Shown: piece by piece, positions 16,439 to 25,335 of the stretch
How positions within the stretch are numbered: position 1 is the stretch's first letter
Layout: every line of letters begins with the position of its first letter
IMG/VR virus record: IMGVR_UViG_3300044213_000107
Coordinates: 196,724 to 260,723 of that record
Length of the DNA: 64,000 nucleotides
Strand: one strand, 5' to 3'
Notes under the pieces: model-generated
What the model was told of the DNA's origin: nothing
The model's input: only the letters and a program-made list of their open reading frames with translations
The model's database searches: none
Made by a program: the position numbers and the translations under genes

Positions 16439-17166
16439 TTATTCCTTAAATAATTTTTTAAAATCTCTTACATTTTTTGGTGGGGTGGTTAACAAGTATA
16501 AATTATTATTTTTTGTATTAATTGAAAGTAATGATCTAATAATTGCTGTTTCAAAAAACGTATTTTCAATTTGGTAGTCTTTATTATATAACACATCATT
16601 GGCAATTGTAAAACATTTTTTAATCCTATTAAAATATTCTTCGTTTGCTTTTTAACTTGTTTAACAAAACGTTGTATTTTTAATTTATCTGGGGTTAATC
16701 CACAGTCGATTAAAAATTTTTCTATCTTATTAAGATCTTCCCAAAACCACATTATATCAAAAATAATATCAGATTCTTGATTCATTAAATCAATTTTATC
16801 CATTAGTGTTAGACTTAATATTTCAATTTGTTCGCCGTAATTGCCAGTTCCTTGTTTATATAAGAAAGGTTTATTAAATTCTGGTAGTTGATTATTAAAT
16901 TTATAAAGACCCATCATTAGTATTAGAAGTTTTCCAAATATAGATTCAGATGTCGAATATATCAATTTATTACCGATAGATCTTTCATACTCAATGTCTA
17001 TATTAGGATGTTTGATGTAGTAAAATTTTTCATTGTGAGCAAAATGATGTAGATTTTTACCTACAATAAACAAAGGAAAACTAGAACTTCCTTCTTCTGT
17101 ACAACAAGAAAGCATCGCACCAATGGTATTTCCTAAAGCTCCATTATGGTAATGTATTACAAGCAT
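16439..17166 (-). pseudogene. hypothetical gene with an apparent -1 frameshift near 16650
   Basis: Annotated tail looks out of frame; the -1 frame is open for about 70 codons and ends at the uvsX RBS. Confidence 0.55.
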
Positions 17167-17174
17167 AAAAGAGT

Positions 17175-17199
17175 AAATGGGGGCGGACCCCCATTTTTT
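17175..17199. terminator. intrinsic terminator hairpin after the SSB gene
   Basis: AAATGGGGG-CGGA-CCCCCATTT. Confidence 0.75.
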
Positions 17200-17210
17200 A
17201 CCACGTTAAG

Positions 17211-18224
17211 TTATTGTGTTTTACGATTTCTAATCATTGCCAAAATATCTTCGGCACGTTGACTTGATGGTTTTGCAGCCGGAGTTGCTACTGGTGCAGC
17301 AGCTTCTGCTGGTTCTTCATCTATGTCAAATGGAGCAGCTTCTGCAACTGGTGCTGGTATGGCTTTTGCTACAGGAGCAGGTGCGGCTTTTGCTGATGAT
17401 TCGTTGTCATCTCCAGTACTGCCAGCACCACCTTGGAAGCCACTTGGCTTGTAGTAGTTGGCCCAACGATCTGGATCGTACGGTTGACCATCAACACTAG
17501 CCTCAAACATTTCCTTGATTACTTTCAATTCGACGTCCGTGGGTTGCTTTGGCAAAAAGTCGCTCAAATTAAACAAACCATATTGTTCGACTGCAGCAGC
17601 TTCATCTGAGTTCAACGCAGACTCTTTGCGTGACCACTTGCTTGTTGAATAGTCTGCATAACCACCTTTGCTGGTTTTAGTGACCGTAAAGTCTAGTCCG
17701 GCTTCGTAGTCAGTTGGCAAGTTTTCCAACTCTGGGTCCATCAACGCAGATTTGATCAGATTAAAAATCTGTGGACTAATAACAAATCTACGAATAGGAT
17801 TTGCTGGTGCACGATCATCAGTTAAAGAATTTTCACGTACAAAACCTTGGAACAAATAAGATTTTTTCTTCCAATACTTACGACCCATTTCTTCTAAACC
17901 TGGGTCTTTGAACCATGTACGTACTTCTGCCAAGATTGGGCAGGCAGCTCCGTACATTTCTACACACGGAACTTGTACAACAACTGGTTTTGAATCTGAT
18001 TGACCTTTAATGCCAGCAAAAGGTAAACGAATCATTAGTCGTTCAACCCAGAAAAAGTCATTTTTTGTATTTCCGTCTGGTAAAAAGCGAATTCTACTGC
18101 TTGTGCCTTCGGGGATGTTCCAATGTGGATAAATTGCGTTATCACCTTGGGATTGTGAGTTACCGCCGGAGCGGTCTGCTTGTGCTTGTAATTTAGCGCG
18201 AATTTCTGCGAGAGATGTAGCCAT
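17211..18224 (-). CDS. gp32-like single-stranded DNA-binding protein
   Basis: RIRFLP, CPI, YWKKKSY, GGYADYSTSKW, Ala/Pro-rich acidic tail. Confidence 0.88.
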   Translation of the reverse strand: MATSLAEIRAKLQAQADRSGGNSQSQGDNAIYPHWNIPEGTSSRIRFLPDGNTKNDFFWVERLMIRLPFAGIKGQSDSKPVVVQVPCVEMYGAACPILAEVRTWFKDPGLEEMGRKYWKKKSYLFQGFVRENSLTDDRAPANPIRRFVISPQIFNLIKSALMDPELENLPTDYEAGLDFTVTKTSKGGYADYSTSKWSRKESALNSDEAAAVEQYGLFNLSDFLPKQPTDVELKVIKEMFEASVDGQPYDPDRWANYYKPSGFQGGAGSTGDDNESSAKAAPAPVAKAIPAPVAEAAPFDIDEEPAEAAAPVATPAAKPSSQRAEDILAMIRNRKTQ

Positions 18225-18329
18225 AATAATTTTCCTTTATAAAATGTGCCATGATTGTTTTAAGATTGTCTTAATTTTGCACACACGTTAGTATATGCAA
18301 TTGTATTTATCTTTGTCAAAGATTTTTTG

Positions 18330-19772
18330 TTATTTTTTACCCAGACCAGCTAGTGTTCGGATAAACGCCAAATCGTCAGATTCAGTAACAGGTTCATCCA
18401 TTCCGGTTGCACCAACTGTGTTGTTCTGCGGCGTTGCAGGTTGCGCAGGTGGTTGTTGCGGAGTTTGATTTACTTGTGTAAGTTCAGCATAGATCTCATC
18501 AGCGAGATCAGTCATACCGTTTGACTTCATCCATGCCAATACTGTTTGGCGTGTGTCAACGTCTGGACCAAAATCACTGCTTAATTTGGTTAGCGTACTT
18601 TCCATATCTGGATCTATATCGCTGAAGTAGAATTTTAATTCATTCCATGCATCCTGTCCATCTATACCGGCTGGCAACGGATGCTTCATTAATTCTTTAA
18701 AGTCTTCTTGTTTGTATTCATCTTCAATGTTTTCTAACACCGAAGTTTCGTTAACCCAGGATTCAAATTCTTTGCCCATTATTGGTTGAGAATCTTTGTA
18801 TTTTTTATATGCACGATATACATATGGCAGTGCCGCATCAAATTTATCATTGTAGACTTTTTTAACAAATCGTTCACGCAAACTAGGAATGTCAACGGAA
18901 TCTTCTACTGCAGCGTCAGGGACAAAATTTTCTGCATAGTGGCGATAGCCTTTGGGCCCACCAATGTGACGTAGACGATCGCGTAACTCACCATAGTGAT
19001 GTATAGCTGCATGAGCCATTTGTTGTGTTTCTGTGTCTTCAAATTGGCGACGTTTTGCTTCACGCACAAAATGTGCCATTGCCGACATTTCCATGCATAT
19101 TCCACTTATGCTTTCACCAATTGCATCATCAACTGATCCACCATTGCTACAATGTTGCGCCATTGCACGAGCACCGTGTAGGTTTTTAAACGGCAATAGT
19201 CTGCGTTCGCCGACATGATTTTCAATAAACACACTGTCGATATTACGACTACGTGCACCACGTTTTTCATCATCTACATTGGCGCTATGGCGAACAATAA
19301 TACGGGCAGGACCACATTCTTGATAACTGCTGCGACTTGTGCCCCACATACGACTTTCTGTAACTGCATCAACTTCGCCGGCGTCGAACGTACTGTCATG
19401 ACGACTTTGTTGTTTTACATCGCGTAGTTCTAAATTGCCTTTTGTGTTGTCTCTTACATCAAATCGCATCATGTTACTGCGAGCAAACTTTTTCATTGTA
19501 ATCAAAAATTTATTCCATTCTGCGGTTTCTTCAGCGTCTAAGTGTTCACCGATGTTTTTACCAAATAAAATTTTTAAACTTTCTTCATCAACAATACTAA
19601 TAGTTACATTACCAAATTTCTTTCCATTCTGACCAATGTAATCAAAATTAAAGAAACGTGCACGTGCAGGATCACTGGTTGCTTGTGATTTTTCGTCGCC
19701 TAAACTGACGTTTTCAAAGCGACTACGGATTTTATTAAATAGTTCTGTAGCTACGTTTTCGCTGTTTATCAT
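18330..19772 (-). CDS. hypothetical structural protein, 480 aa
   Basis: Upstream TAAATA; C-terminal IRTLAGL motif shared with the scaffold. Confidence 0.75.
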   Translation of the reverse strand: MINSENVATELFNKIRSRFENVSLGDEKSQATSDPARARFFNFDYIGQNGKKFGNVTISIVDEESLKILFGKNIGEHLDAEETAEWNKFLITMKKFARSNMMRFDVRDNTKGNLELRDVKQQSRHDSTFDAGEVDAVTESRMWGTSRSSYQECGPARIIVRHSANVDDEKRGARSRNIDSVFIENHVGERRLLPFKNLHGARAMAQHCSNGGSVDDAIGESISGICMEMSAMAHFVREAKRRQFEDTETQQMAHAAIHHYGELRDRLRHIGGPKGYRHYAENFVPDAAVEDSVDIPSLRERFVKKVYNDKFDAALPYVYRAYKKYKDSQPIMGKEFESWVNETSVLENIEDEYKQEDFKELMKHPLPAGIDGQDAWNELKFYFSDIDPDMESTLTKLSSDFGPDVDTRQTVLAWMKSNGMTDLADEIYAELTQVNQTPQQPPAQPATPQNNTVGATGMDEPVTESDDLAFIRTLAGLGKK

Positions 19773-19806
19773 AATTCATGTCCAATATTAGTATATTTAG
19801 TGAAAT

Positions 19807-20901
19807 TTAAAATCCTGCGAGCATAACAAATGGCATTGGATCTATGAAATCTTCTAGGTCATTACGTACACTTTCGTCTAATTCGGCATCAAAAGTCTGC
19901 AATAATTGTATCATACGAACACACAATAACATACTCATAACTAAATCGTCAGTTTCGCCTATTTTTGCAGCAAAGCTAGTGCCGTGTGCTACAAAGTTTT
20001 TAAGTTCACTAATTAAATTATTACTTGCAATGTGCAGACGTTTGTTTTCAATTAATGCTTTTAACTTAGCACAAACTGATATCTTGGATTTATTTGAAGT
20101 GGTAAATCCTTTGCGATACACCCTTGATACACCCGCACGCTTAGGTTCACTTAAAAAGGTACCACGAATATTTTCTTCGCCCATTTCCGCAATGGTAACC
20201 AATGCTGCTTCCCCTAATGTATTATTTTCTACGCTGTAATAGATGTTATTTTCTGTGCCAATTATATCGTATATGTATTGGCAAACTTCTTTCATTATAC
20301 CTACTTGTTTTTGGATAGGAGTTTTATTGTGTTGCCATTCGGCTACCTGTTTCATTGATGGCAATTCAACCACTTGTAGTGCTGCGTAATCGCCACCGGT
20401 GCCCAGGCTAGGATCCAGGCCGACTGCATAAGTATATCCTTTTTCAGGTTTTTTATACCAGCGAACTTGCCCTTGTTTTTCAATTGGATCTATACCGGCC
20501 AGTTCTACTAGATGCAAAGGGTTAATAAGCGTCTCATCAAAAATAATGAATTCGCAATTTGATGACAGCACTCCGTTTGTGTAATATCTATGACCACCTT
20601 CAACCTCTACTAAGTCATATACTAACTGTGTTTTGCCCGTGTCCGTGACCCCAATGATCTTAATTTCTCCGTTCTTGGATAATACTATGTCCCCAACAGT
20701 AAGTTCGTTCAACGGAACTCTAGTAGTATCATCAATAAACAACTTATGGTTGTTGGTGCACTCTAACCAATAGTCCTGCTCAAACTCAACTCTGCATATT
20801 GGGCGAGTTCCCAGGCAACGTATTCCTACAAATGATTTATATCCATCAGGAGTCAAAACTTTATACCCGTGTATATTTTCTTTAAAAGTTACTTCTGCCA
20901 T
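19807..20901 (-). CDS. split intein C-fragment (115 aa) fused to terminase large subunit nuclease domain
   Basis: ECTNNH (block B), VYDL..GHRYYTNG (block F), VLSSN|CEF; then GLDPSLGTGGDYAA, VENN, DDLVM. Confidence 0.92.
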   Translation of the reverse strand: MAEVTFKENIHGYKVLTPDGYKSFVGIRCLGTRPICRVEFEQDYWLECTNNHKLFIDDTTRVPLNELTVGDIVLSKNGEIKIIGVTDTGKTQLVYDLVEVEGGHRYYTNGVLSSNCEFIIFDETLINPLHLVELAGIDPIEKQGQVRWYKKPEKGYTYAVGLDPSLGTGGDYAALQVVELPSMKQVAEWQHNKTPIQKQVGIMKEVCQYIYDIIGTENNIYYSVENNTLGEAALVTIAEMGEENIRGTFLSEPKRAGVSRVYRKGFTTSNKSKISVCAKLKALIENKRLHIASNNLISELKNFVAHGTSFAAKIGETDDLVMSMLLCVRMIQLLQTFDAELDESVRNDLEDFIDPMPFVMLAGF

Positions 20902-21923
20902 GTTAGTATCTCGTAGTTATTTTTATCAGTAAACAGCCAAACCTCGTACTCAAATCCCTGTTGTAAAACGGAATCTTTTTTACGTACATTATTAGTTAAT
21001 CGTGATTTGTATTTTTTATCTCCGTTACCGTCCCACCACCACCGACTTTTTACTTCAATTATTTTATTTTCTTTTGTAATCAATATATCTGGATAATATA
21101 AAGCTGTGTGTTGATTGACGTTTATATATTCAAACTTTGGTAGATCATAGACCGATTTCCTATCATCAAATTGTAGGTCGGATTCCTCATAAATTTCTAA
21201 TAACTTAGTTATTGTTATATCTTCATACCCCCTAACACCAATTACACGCCCAGATGGAAGGACAAATTCTCTTCCTAAACTATTTGATTTTGCTGAATTT
21301 GTTCTTGCTTCAGGTTTCATTAATGCGTTCTCAACACCAAATTTTGTCAAACATGTTGCACGCCGTTTGTCGGCAATTTCACTGATTTTTTCAGCTGACA
21401 TTGCTTGCCAAGATGCACTTGTTTGTTTGCTATTAGCATAATATTCATCACCATAACGTTCAAATTTGGTTTTCTTAGATTTATGTTTGTATGTTGCAGA
21501 TTGCGTTACCCATTCTACATCATATTTTTTTCTAAAAGTTTCTTTGGATTTTATAACTTGTGATTGTATTTGTTCTTGTGTTCTTGCACTGGCCGCTAAT
21601 CTTTTATTATTAGAATCGGTATTCCTTTGTTCTATAGTCCAAGACCGTTTAGTATTGGATATGCTTAGTCCCACACATTTAGGGTCACCGCAACTATTAG
21701 CATAGGTTTCTGTTTTTTGATAAAATGATAGGGCATTCCCGCATCTACATTTTGGGGATGTTTTGGTAATATATGTTTCAATATACTGTTGGTACGTTAG
21801 ATTGTTATTTCTTAAATGCCTAGTAAATTGACCATTGGTTTTACAATAAGTTTTATGATCTATTACTGATGTTATATATTTTGTTTTAGACATACATTTC
21901 TCTGCTAAATCGTTCACGAGCAA
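20889..21923 (-). CDS. free-standing endonuclease (C-terminal PD-(D/E)XK) between the terminase halves
   Basis: KKYDVE/ERYGDE/KFGVEN repeats; YYPDI...IIEVKS. Confidence 0.8.
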   Translation of the reverse strand: MLVNDLAEKCMSKTKYITSVIDHKTYCKTNGQFTRHLRNNNLTYQQYIETYITKTSPKCRCGNALSFYQKTETYANSCGDPKCVGLSISNTKRSWTIEQRNTDSNNKRLAASARTQEQIQSQVIKSKETFRKKYDVEWVTQSATYKHKSKKTKFERYGDEYYANSKQTSASWQAMSAEKISEIADKRRATCLTKFGVENALMKPEARTNSAKSNSLGREFVLPSGRVIGVRGYEDITITKLLEIYEESDLQFDDRKSVYDLPKFEYINVNQHTALYYPDILITKENKIIEVKSRWWWDGNGDKKYKSRLTNNVRKKDSVLQQGFEYEVWLFTDKNNYEILTWQK

Positions 21924-21925
21924 GA

Positions 21926-22843
21926 TTATTTATCTAAAATATCAAACAATTCAGAAATTGTTAAGGTTCGTGCACTGTCATCGACTACAACATCTAATAG
22001 TGTATTACCGTTACAGCACTCCATTTCACGACGGAAGCGTTCTTCACCAAGTTGTGCTCGCATTTCTGCAGCCCATTTTTCATCACGATCTGGGTGTTCT
22101 CGCCAAGCACTACGGAATGCTTTAAATCCATTGATGCCTAGCTCAGTTTGGTTTCCAAACTCGTCAATGGTCTTATTAGCACCTTTCCAAATCTGTGCAA
22201 ATTGATCTTCGTCTGAGTTTGGGGTACTAGTAATAATACACTTACCACCAGTTGATAGCGTAGGTGTAATCGACGTCCAGAATTCTTGTGCAATAGTCGG
22301 TCTTACGAAAGCAAACTCATCACAGTATAATAAGGATATACTCATACCACGACCGGTATTTTCTGTAGTCGTAGCACTTACAATACGTGATCCATTTTCA
22401 AAGTCTAATGATCCCTTGTTATAACTTGTTACTCCTGCTCGTATATGATCTGGGCAATTTTCATATGCATATCGCACACGTTGCATAATTTCTTGTGCAC
22501 CTGTATATTTGTGGGCTGCAACCAAAATAGTTGAATCGGGAACAAACATAGCATACCAAAGTAAATACCCTGCAGCACTTGTAGATTTCCCCGTTTGTCT
22601 TGGCATTAGGCTAATAGAGAACCTATAATTGTGATAGCTATCTATTAGACGTTCTTGATACTCAAAAGGATGATATTGGATGGCTCCTTTTGTTGGGTGT
22701 TGTATAAAAAAGTAATTGTTCATGAAATATTGTGGACCAGTTACTGGGTCGGCACAATGAACAAATTCTGTAAATTGTTCTTTCGAAAGACTCATTTTTT
22801 TATAAGGAGTCTTTATGATAGATAGTTCGTTGGAATTACTCAT
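21926..22843 (-). CDS. terminase large subunit ATPase domain fused to a 30-aa split intein N-fragment
   Basis: PRQTGKS Walker A, LLYCDEFAF Walker B, ITSTPN; ends RREME|CCNGNTLLDV...LFDILDK. Confidence 0.93.
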   Translation of the reverse strand: MSNSNELSIIKTPYKKMSLSKEQFTEFVHCADPVTGPQYFMNNYFFIQHPTKGAIQYHPFEYQERLIDSYHNYRFSISLMPRQTGKSTSAAGYLLWYAMFVPDSTILVAAHKYTGAQEIMQRVRYAYENCPDHIRAGVTSYNKGSLDFENGSRIVSATTTENTGRGMSISLLYCDEFAFVRPTIAQEFWTSITPTLSTGGKCIITSTPNSDEDQFAQIWKGANKTIDEFGNQTELGINGFKAFRSAWREHPDRDEKWAAEMRAQLGEERFRREMECCNGNTLLDVVVDDSARTLTISELFDILDK

Positions 22844-22858
22844 GTTAAATATACTTAT

Positions 22859-23389
22859 ATGGAAACACTATTATTAAATCGAGATTTGGCACCTATATCA
22901 ATATTACCACTAAGTGTTATTGGTTGGCAACATGCTATAAAATTAATGTTTTTAGATCGCATTGAAGTACTTGAATCATATGAAGATCGAGTAGTCCGTA
23001 GTGAAAAGTTGACCATTAATGTCCCTGCTGTGGCCATGACCAAAGAGTATTTTAACTATAAAAAAGGTGTAAAATTCAGTCGCCATAATTTGTATTTACG
23101 TGATTTGTATCAATGCCAGTATTGTGCAGACACATTTAATGTTAAAGATCTTACCATTGATCATGTTATACCTAGAGTAAGTGGTGGTGGCACTAATTGG
23201 GAAAATTGTGTTACTTCTTGTAGAACGTGCAATAGTCGCAAAGGCAGCAAATTACAAAAGCCATTGCGTATGCCGTTTAAGCCTAGTTACTATAAATTGA
23301 TACAAACATGGAAAGATCGTCATTTTCATGTTAACCATCCAAGTTGGTATCGTTATTTAGGTGTAGAAGAAAAACAGGCCAACACTTAA
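22859..23389 (+). CDS. HNH endonuclease
   Basis: RDLYQCQYC...TIDHVIP..GG...WENCVTSCRTCNSRKG. Confidence 0.92.
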   Translation: METLLLNRDLAPISILPLSVIGWQHAIKLMFLDRIEVLESYEDRVVRSEKLTINVPAVAMTKEYFNYKKGVKFSRHNLYLRDLYQCQYCADTFNVKDLTIDHVIPRVSGGGTNWENCVTSCRTCNSRKGSKLQKPLRMPFKPSYYKLIQTWKDRHFHVNHPSWYRYLGVEEKQANT

Positions 23390-23742
23390 TCGTTGGTTGG
23401 TTTTTCGCCGGTTAGATATGGCTTGCTAAACCAAAGTTGAAACCATTCATCTGTGCCCGGACAAATGTCTTTGTCGTGCTCGATCTTGCGTTTTTCCATT
23501 GCAGTCTTGCTGATATTAGCACCTTCGCCTTTGGCAAAGTCTGTATGACTAAAATCAGATTGTGTGTTACTGCCTACAGGACTATTAACATTAACTGGAT
23601 CAGGTCGTTGATATTCTGTTAGCAAAGATAGTCCTGCCAGTCTACGTATATCGTTTATTTCTGTGATATCCATTACTGCATCGGGTACTGTTGAATCCCC
23701 GGCCGGAACATAATCTGTACTAGTAAAACGATACTGTTTCAT
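23386..23742 (-). CDS. hypothetical protein, 118 aa
   Basis: IRRLAGL motif; coupled to its neighbour. Confidence 0.8.
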   Translation of the reverse strand: MKQYRFTSTDYVPAGDSTVPDAVMDITEINDIRRLAGLSLLTEYQRPDPVNVNSPVGSNTQSDFSHTDFAKGEGANISKTAMEKRKIEHDKDICPGTDEWFQLWFSKPYLTGEKPTND

Positions 23743-24116
23743 TAGACACCGTGTTTGTTTTTCTTACGTGCAGCAACTGGACTGGTACGATGCACTTCAT
23801 CTGCTTCAGTGCTATTATTTGGTGTTAACCTTTTGCTCTTAGCTCCAAATGCACGTTCTGCTTGATCTAATATTTTGTGTTCGCCATCAGAATAAGCAAC
23901 TGTAACAAGGGCCTGCCCATTGGGGCCTTCTTTGTCAGGTTCGTGCTCATACTTACCACTGGGATCTCCTGCGCCACCTAAAAAGTGTGCAGCAAAACGC
24001 CAAGGAGCATAAGGACTAGAGTTATCCAAATTTGGATGGGTCTTCATACCAGGAGTTGCAGCAGTATGCGACTTTGGTAATTGACTAGTTTCTGTGATGA
24101 TCTCAGTTATTTTCAT
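23742..24116 (-). CDS. hypothetical virion protein
   Basis: MKITEIITE N-terminus, upstream TAAATA. Confidence 0.75.
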   Translation of the reverse strand: MKITEIITETSQLPKSHTAATPGMKTHPNLDNSSPYAPWRFAAHFLGGAGDPSGKYEHEPDKEGPNGQALVTVAYSDGEHKILDQAERAFGAKSKRLTPNNSTEADEVHRTSPVAARKKNKHGV

Positions 24117-24118
24117 AG

Positions 24119-25291
24119 TCAAGTATTTATCAGTAGTTGGTAGAACTCAGGGTGTGTGTCTGCATATGAAGTGTCTGTTGCGGCATCATATTTTTTAACA
24201 TAAGATAAAAAATCAGCAGAACTAAAATTTTCATCTACAATAATGTAATCTGCCAAAAAATCCAGTTCTTTAATACCGGCAGTTTTATCTAATATGGCAG
24301 TTCTAAGACTAGAACTCACTTCTTGTGCCGAGCACTTTCCGAGTCCGGTGTTAAAAGGTGTAAAGTTTTTATAGACAGCAGGGAATTCTGTAGATAAAAA
24401 ATTACACAATTCTGAAATGTAAAATATATTATACAGGCTGTAGGTTATGTTAAAACATAATTCTACTCTAGGTCCACAATTGGCTTGGAACCATTTAATA
24501 TTTTCTACTACTTGATCCCATTTTGCGCCACGGCGTTGATATTCAAATCTTTTGCCGATGTCATCTATACTAAAAAATAATCTAACTTTTTCAACAGAAT
24601 TTAATATTTCTAAAAATTCCGGAGTCGGCAAGGTTGTGGCATTTGTAAATATCCAAATAGTTAGATCATCGTAGCTGCGATATTTTCCCATGTTTCGAAA
24701 AAATTCATAGTATGCCGGTTCCATAAATATTTCGCCGCCTTGCAGTTGTACCAATTTAAGACTTTTAAATAATGCAGGATCATCAATTACAGGACGGTCA
24801 TTCTTTTTATATTTCATTCCAGGCCAAATAAATCCCCAGTGTTTTTCGTACAAAGGAATCCAACTACTGCTGTTAAAAGGACCACATATAGCACAACTTA
24901 GATTACAAAGGTTTCCTAGATTTAAATCAATCCTTGTTAAAACTTCTACTTCACTAGTGCCGTGCTCTCTAATAGCATGATATCTTCCACTGGCGTGAGG
25001 ATTTATTTGATCTTGCTGATAACAATGGCCGCAACCAGGATGCTTTTCGTTATTTTTATTTTTTTCTCGTAGCTCAACAATAAATGGTGCAGAATTATAA
25101 TCATTGTAAATTTCATTGCTGCGAGAAATAAACATATCCTCACCTTTAGGCTTATAATCCCTATTAAAATAACAACAGGGTTTATAATCAAAGCGATCGT
25201 TCAGTTGATTTATGTATGCTCTATTCCATATCTCAGGGCAATAGACATCAGGATCTACATCGGTGTGATGTATCTTTATTGGATATTCCAT
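24119..25291 (-). CDS. radical SAM protein with SPASM/twitch-like N-terminus
   Basis: CNLSCAIC, QGGEIF, FTNAT; same architecture as 7498-8679. Confidence 0.88.
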   Translation of the reverse strand: MEYPIKIHHTDVDPDVYCPEIWNRAYINQLNDRFDYKPCCYFNRDYKPKGEDMFISRSNEIYNDYNSAPFIVELREKNKNNEKHPGCGHCYQQDQINPHASGRYHAIREHGTSEVEVLTRIDLNLGNLCNLSCAICGPFNSSSWIPLYEKHWGFIWPGMKYKKNDRPVIDDPALFKSLKLVQLQGGEIFMEPAYYEFFRNMGKYRSYDDLTIWIFTNATTLPTPEFLEILNSVEKVRLFFSIDDIGKRFEYQRRGAKWDQVVENIKWFQANCGPRVELCFNITYSLYNIFYISELCNFLSTEFPAVYKNFTPFNTGLGKCSAQEVSSSLRTAILDKTAGIKELDFLADYIIVDENFSSADFLSYVKKYDAATDTSYADTHPEFYQLLINT

Positions 25292-25335
25292 ATTGAAAAA
25301 GTTAAGTGATTATGTATTTAACCACTTAACTAATT

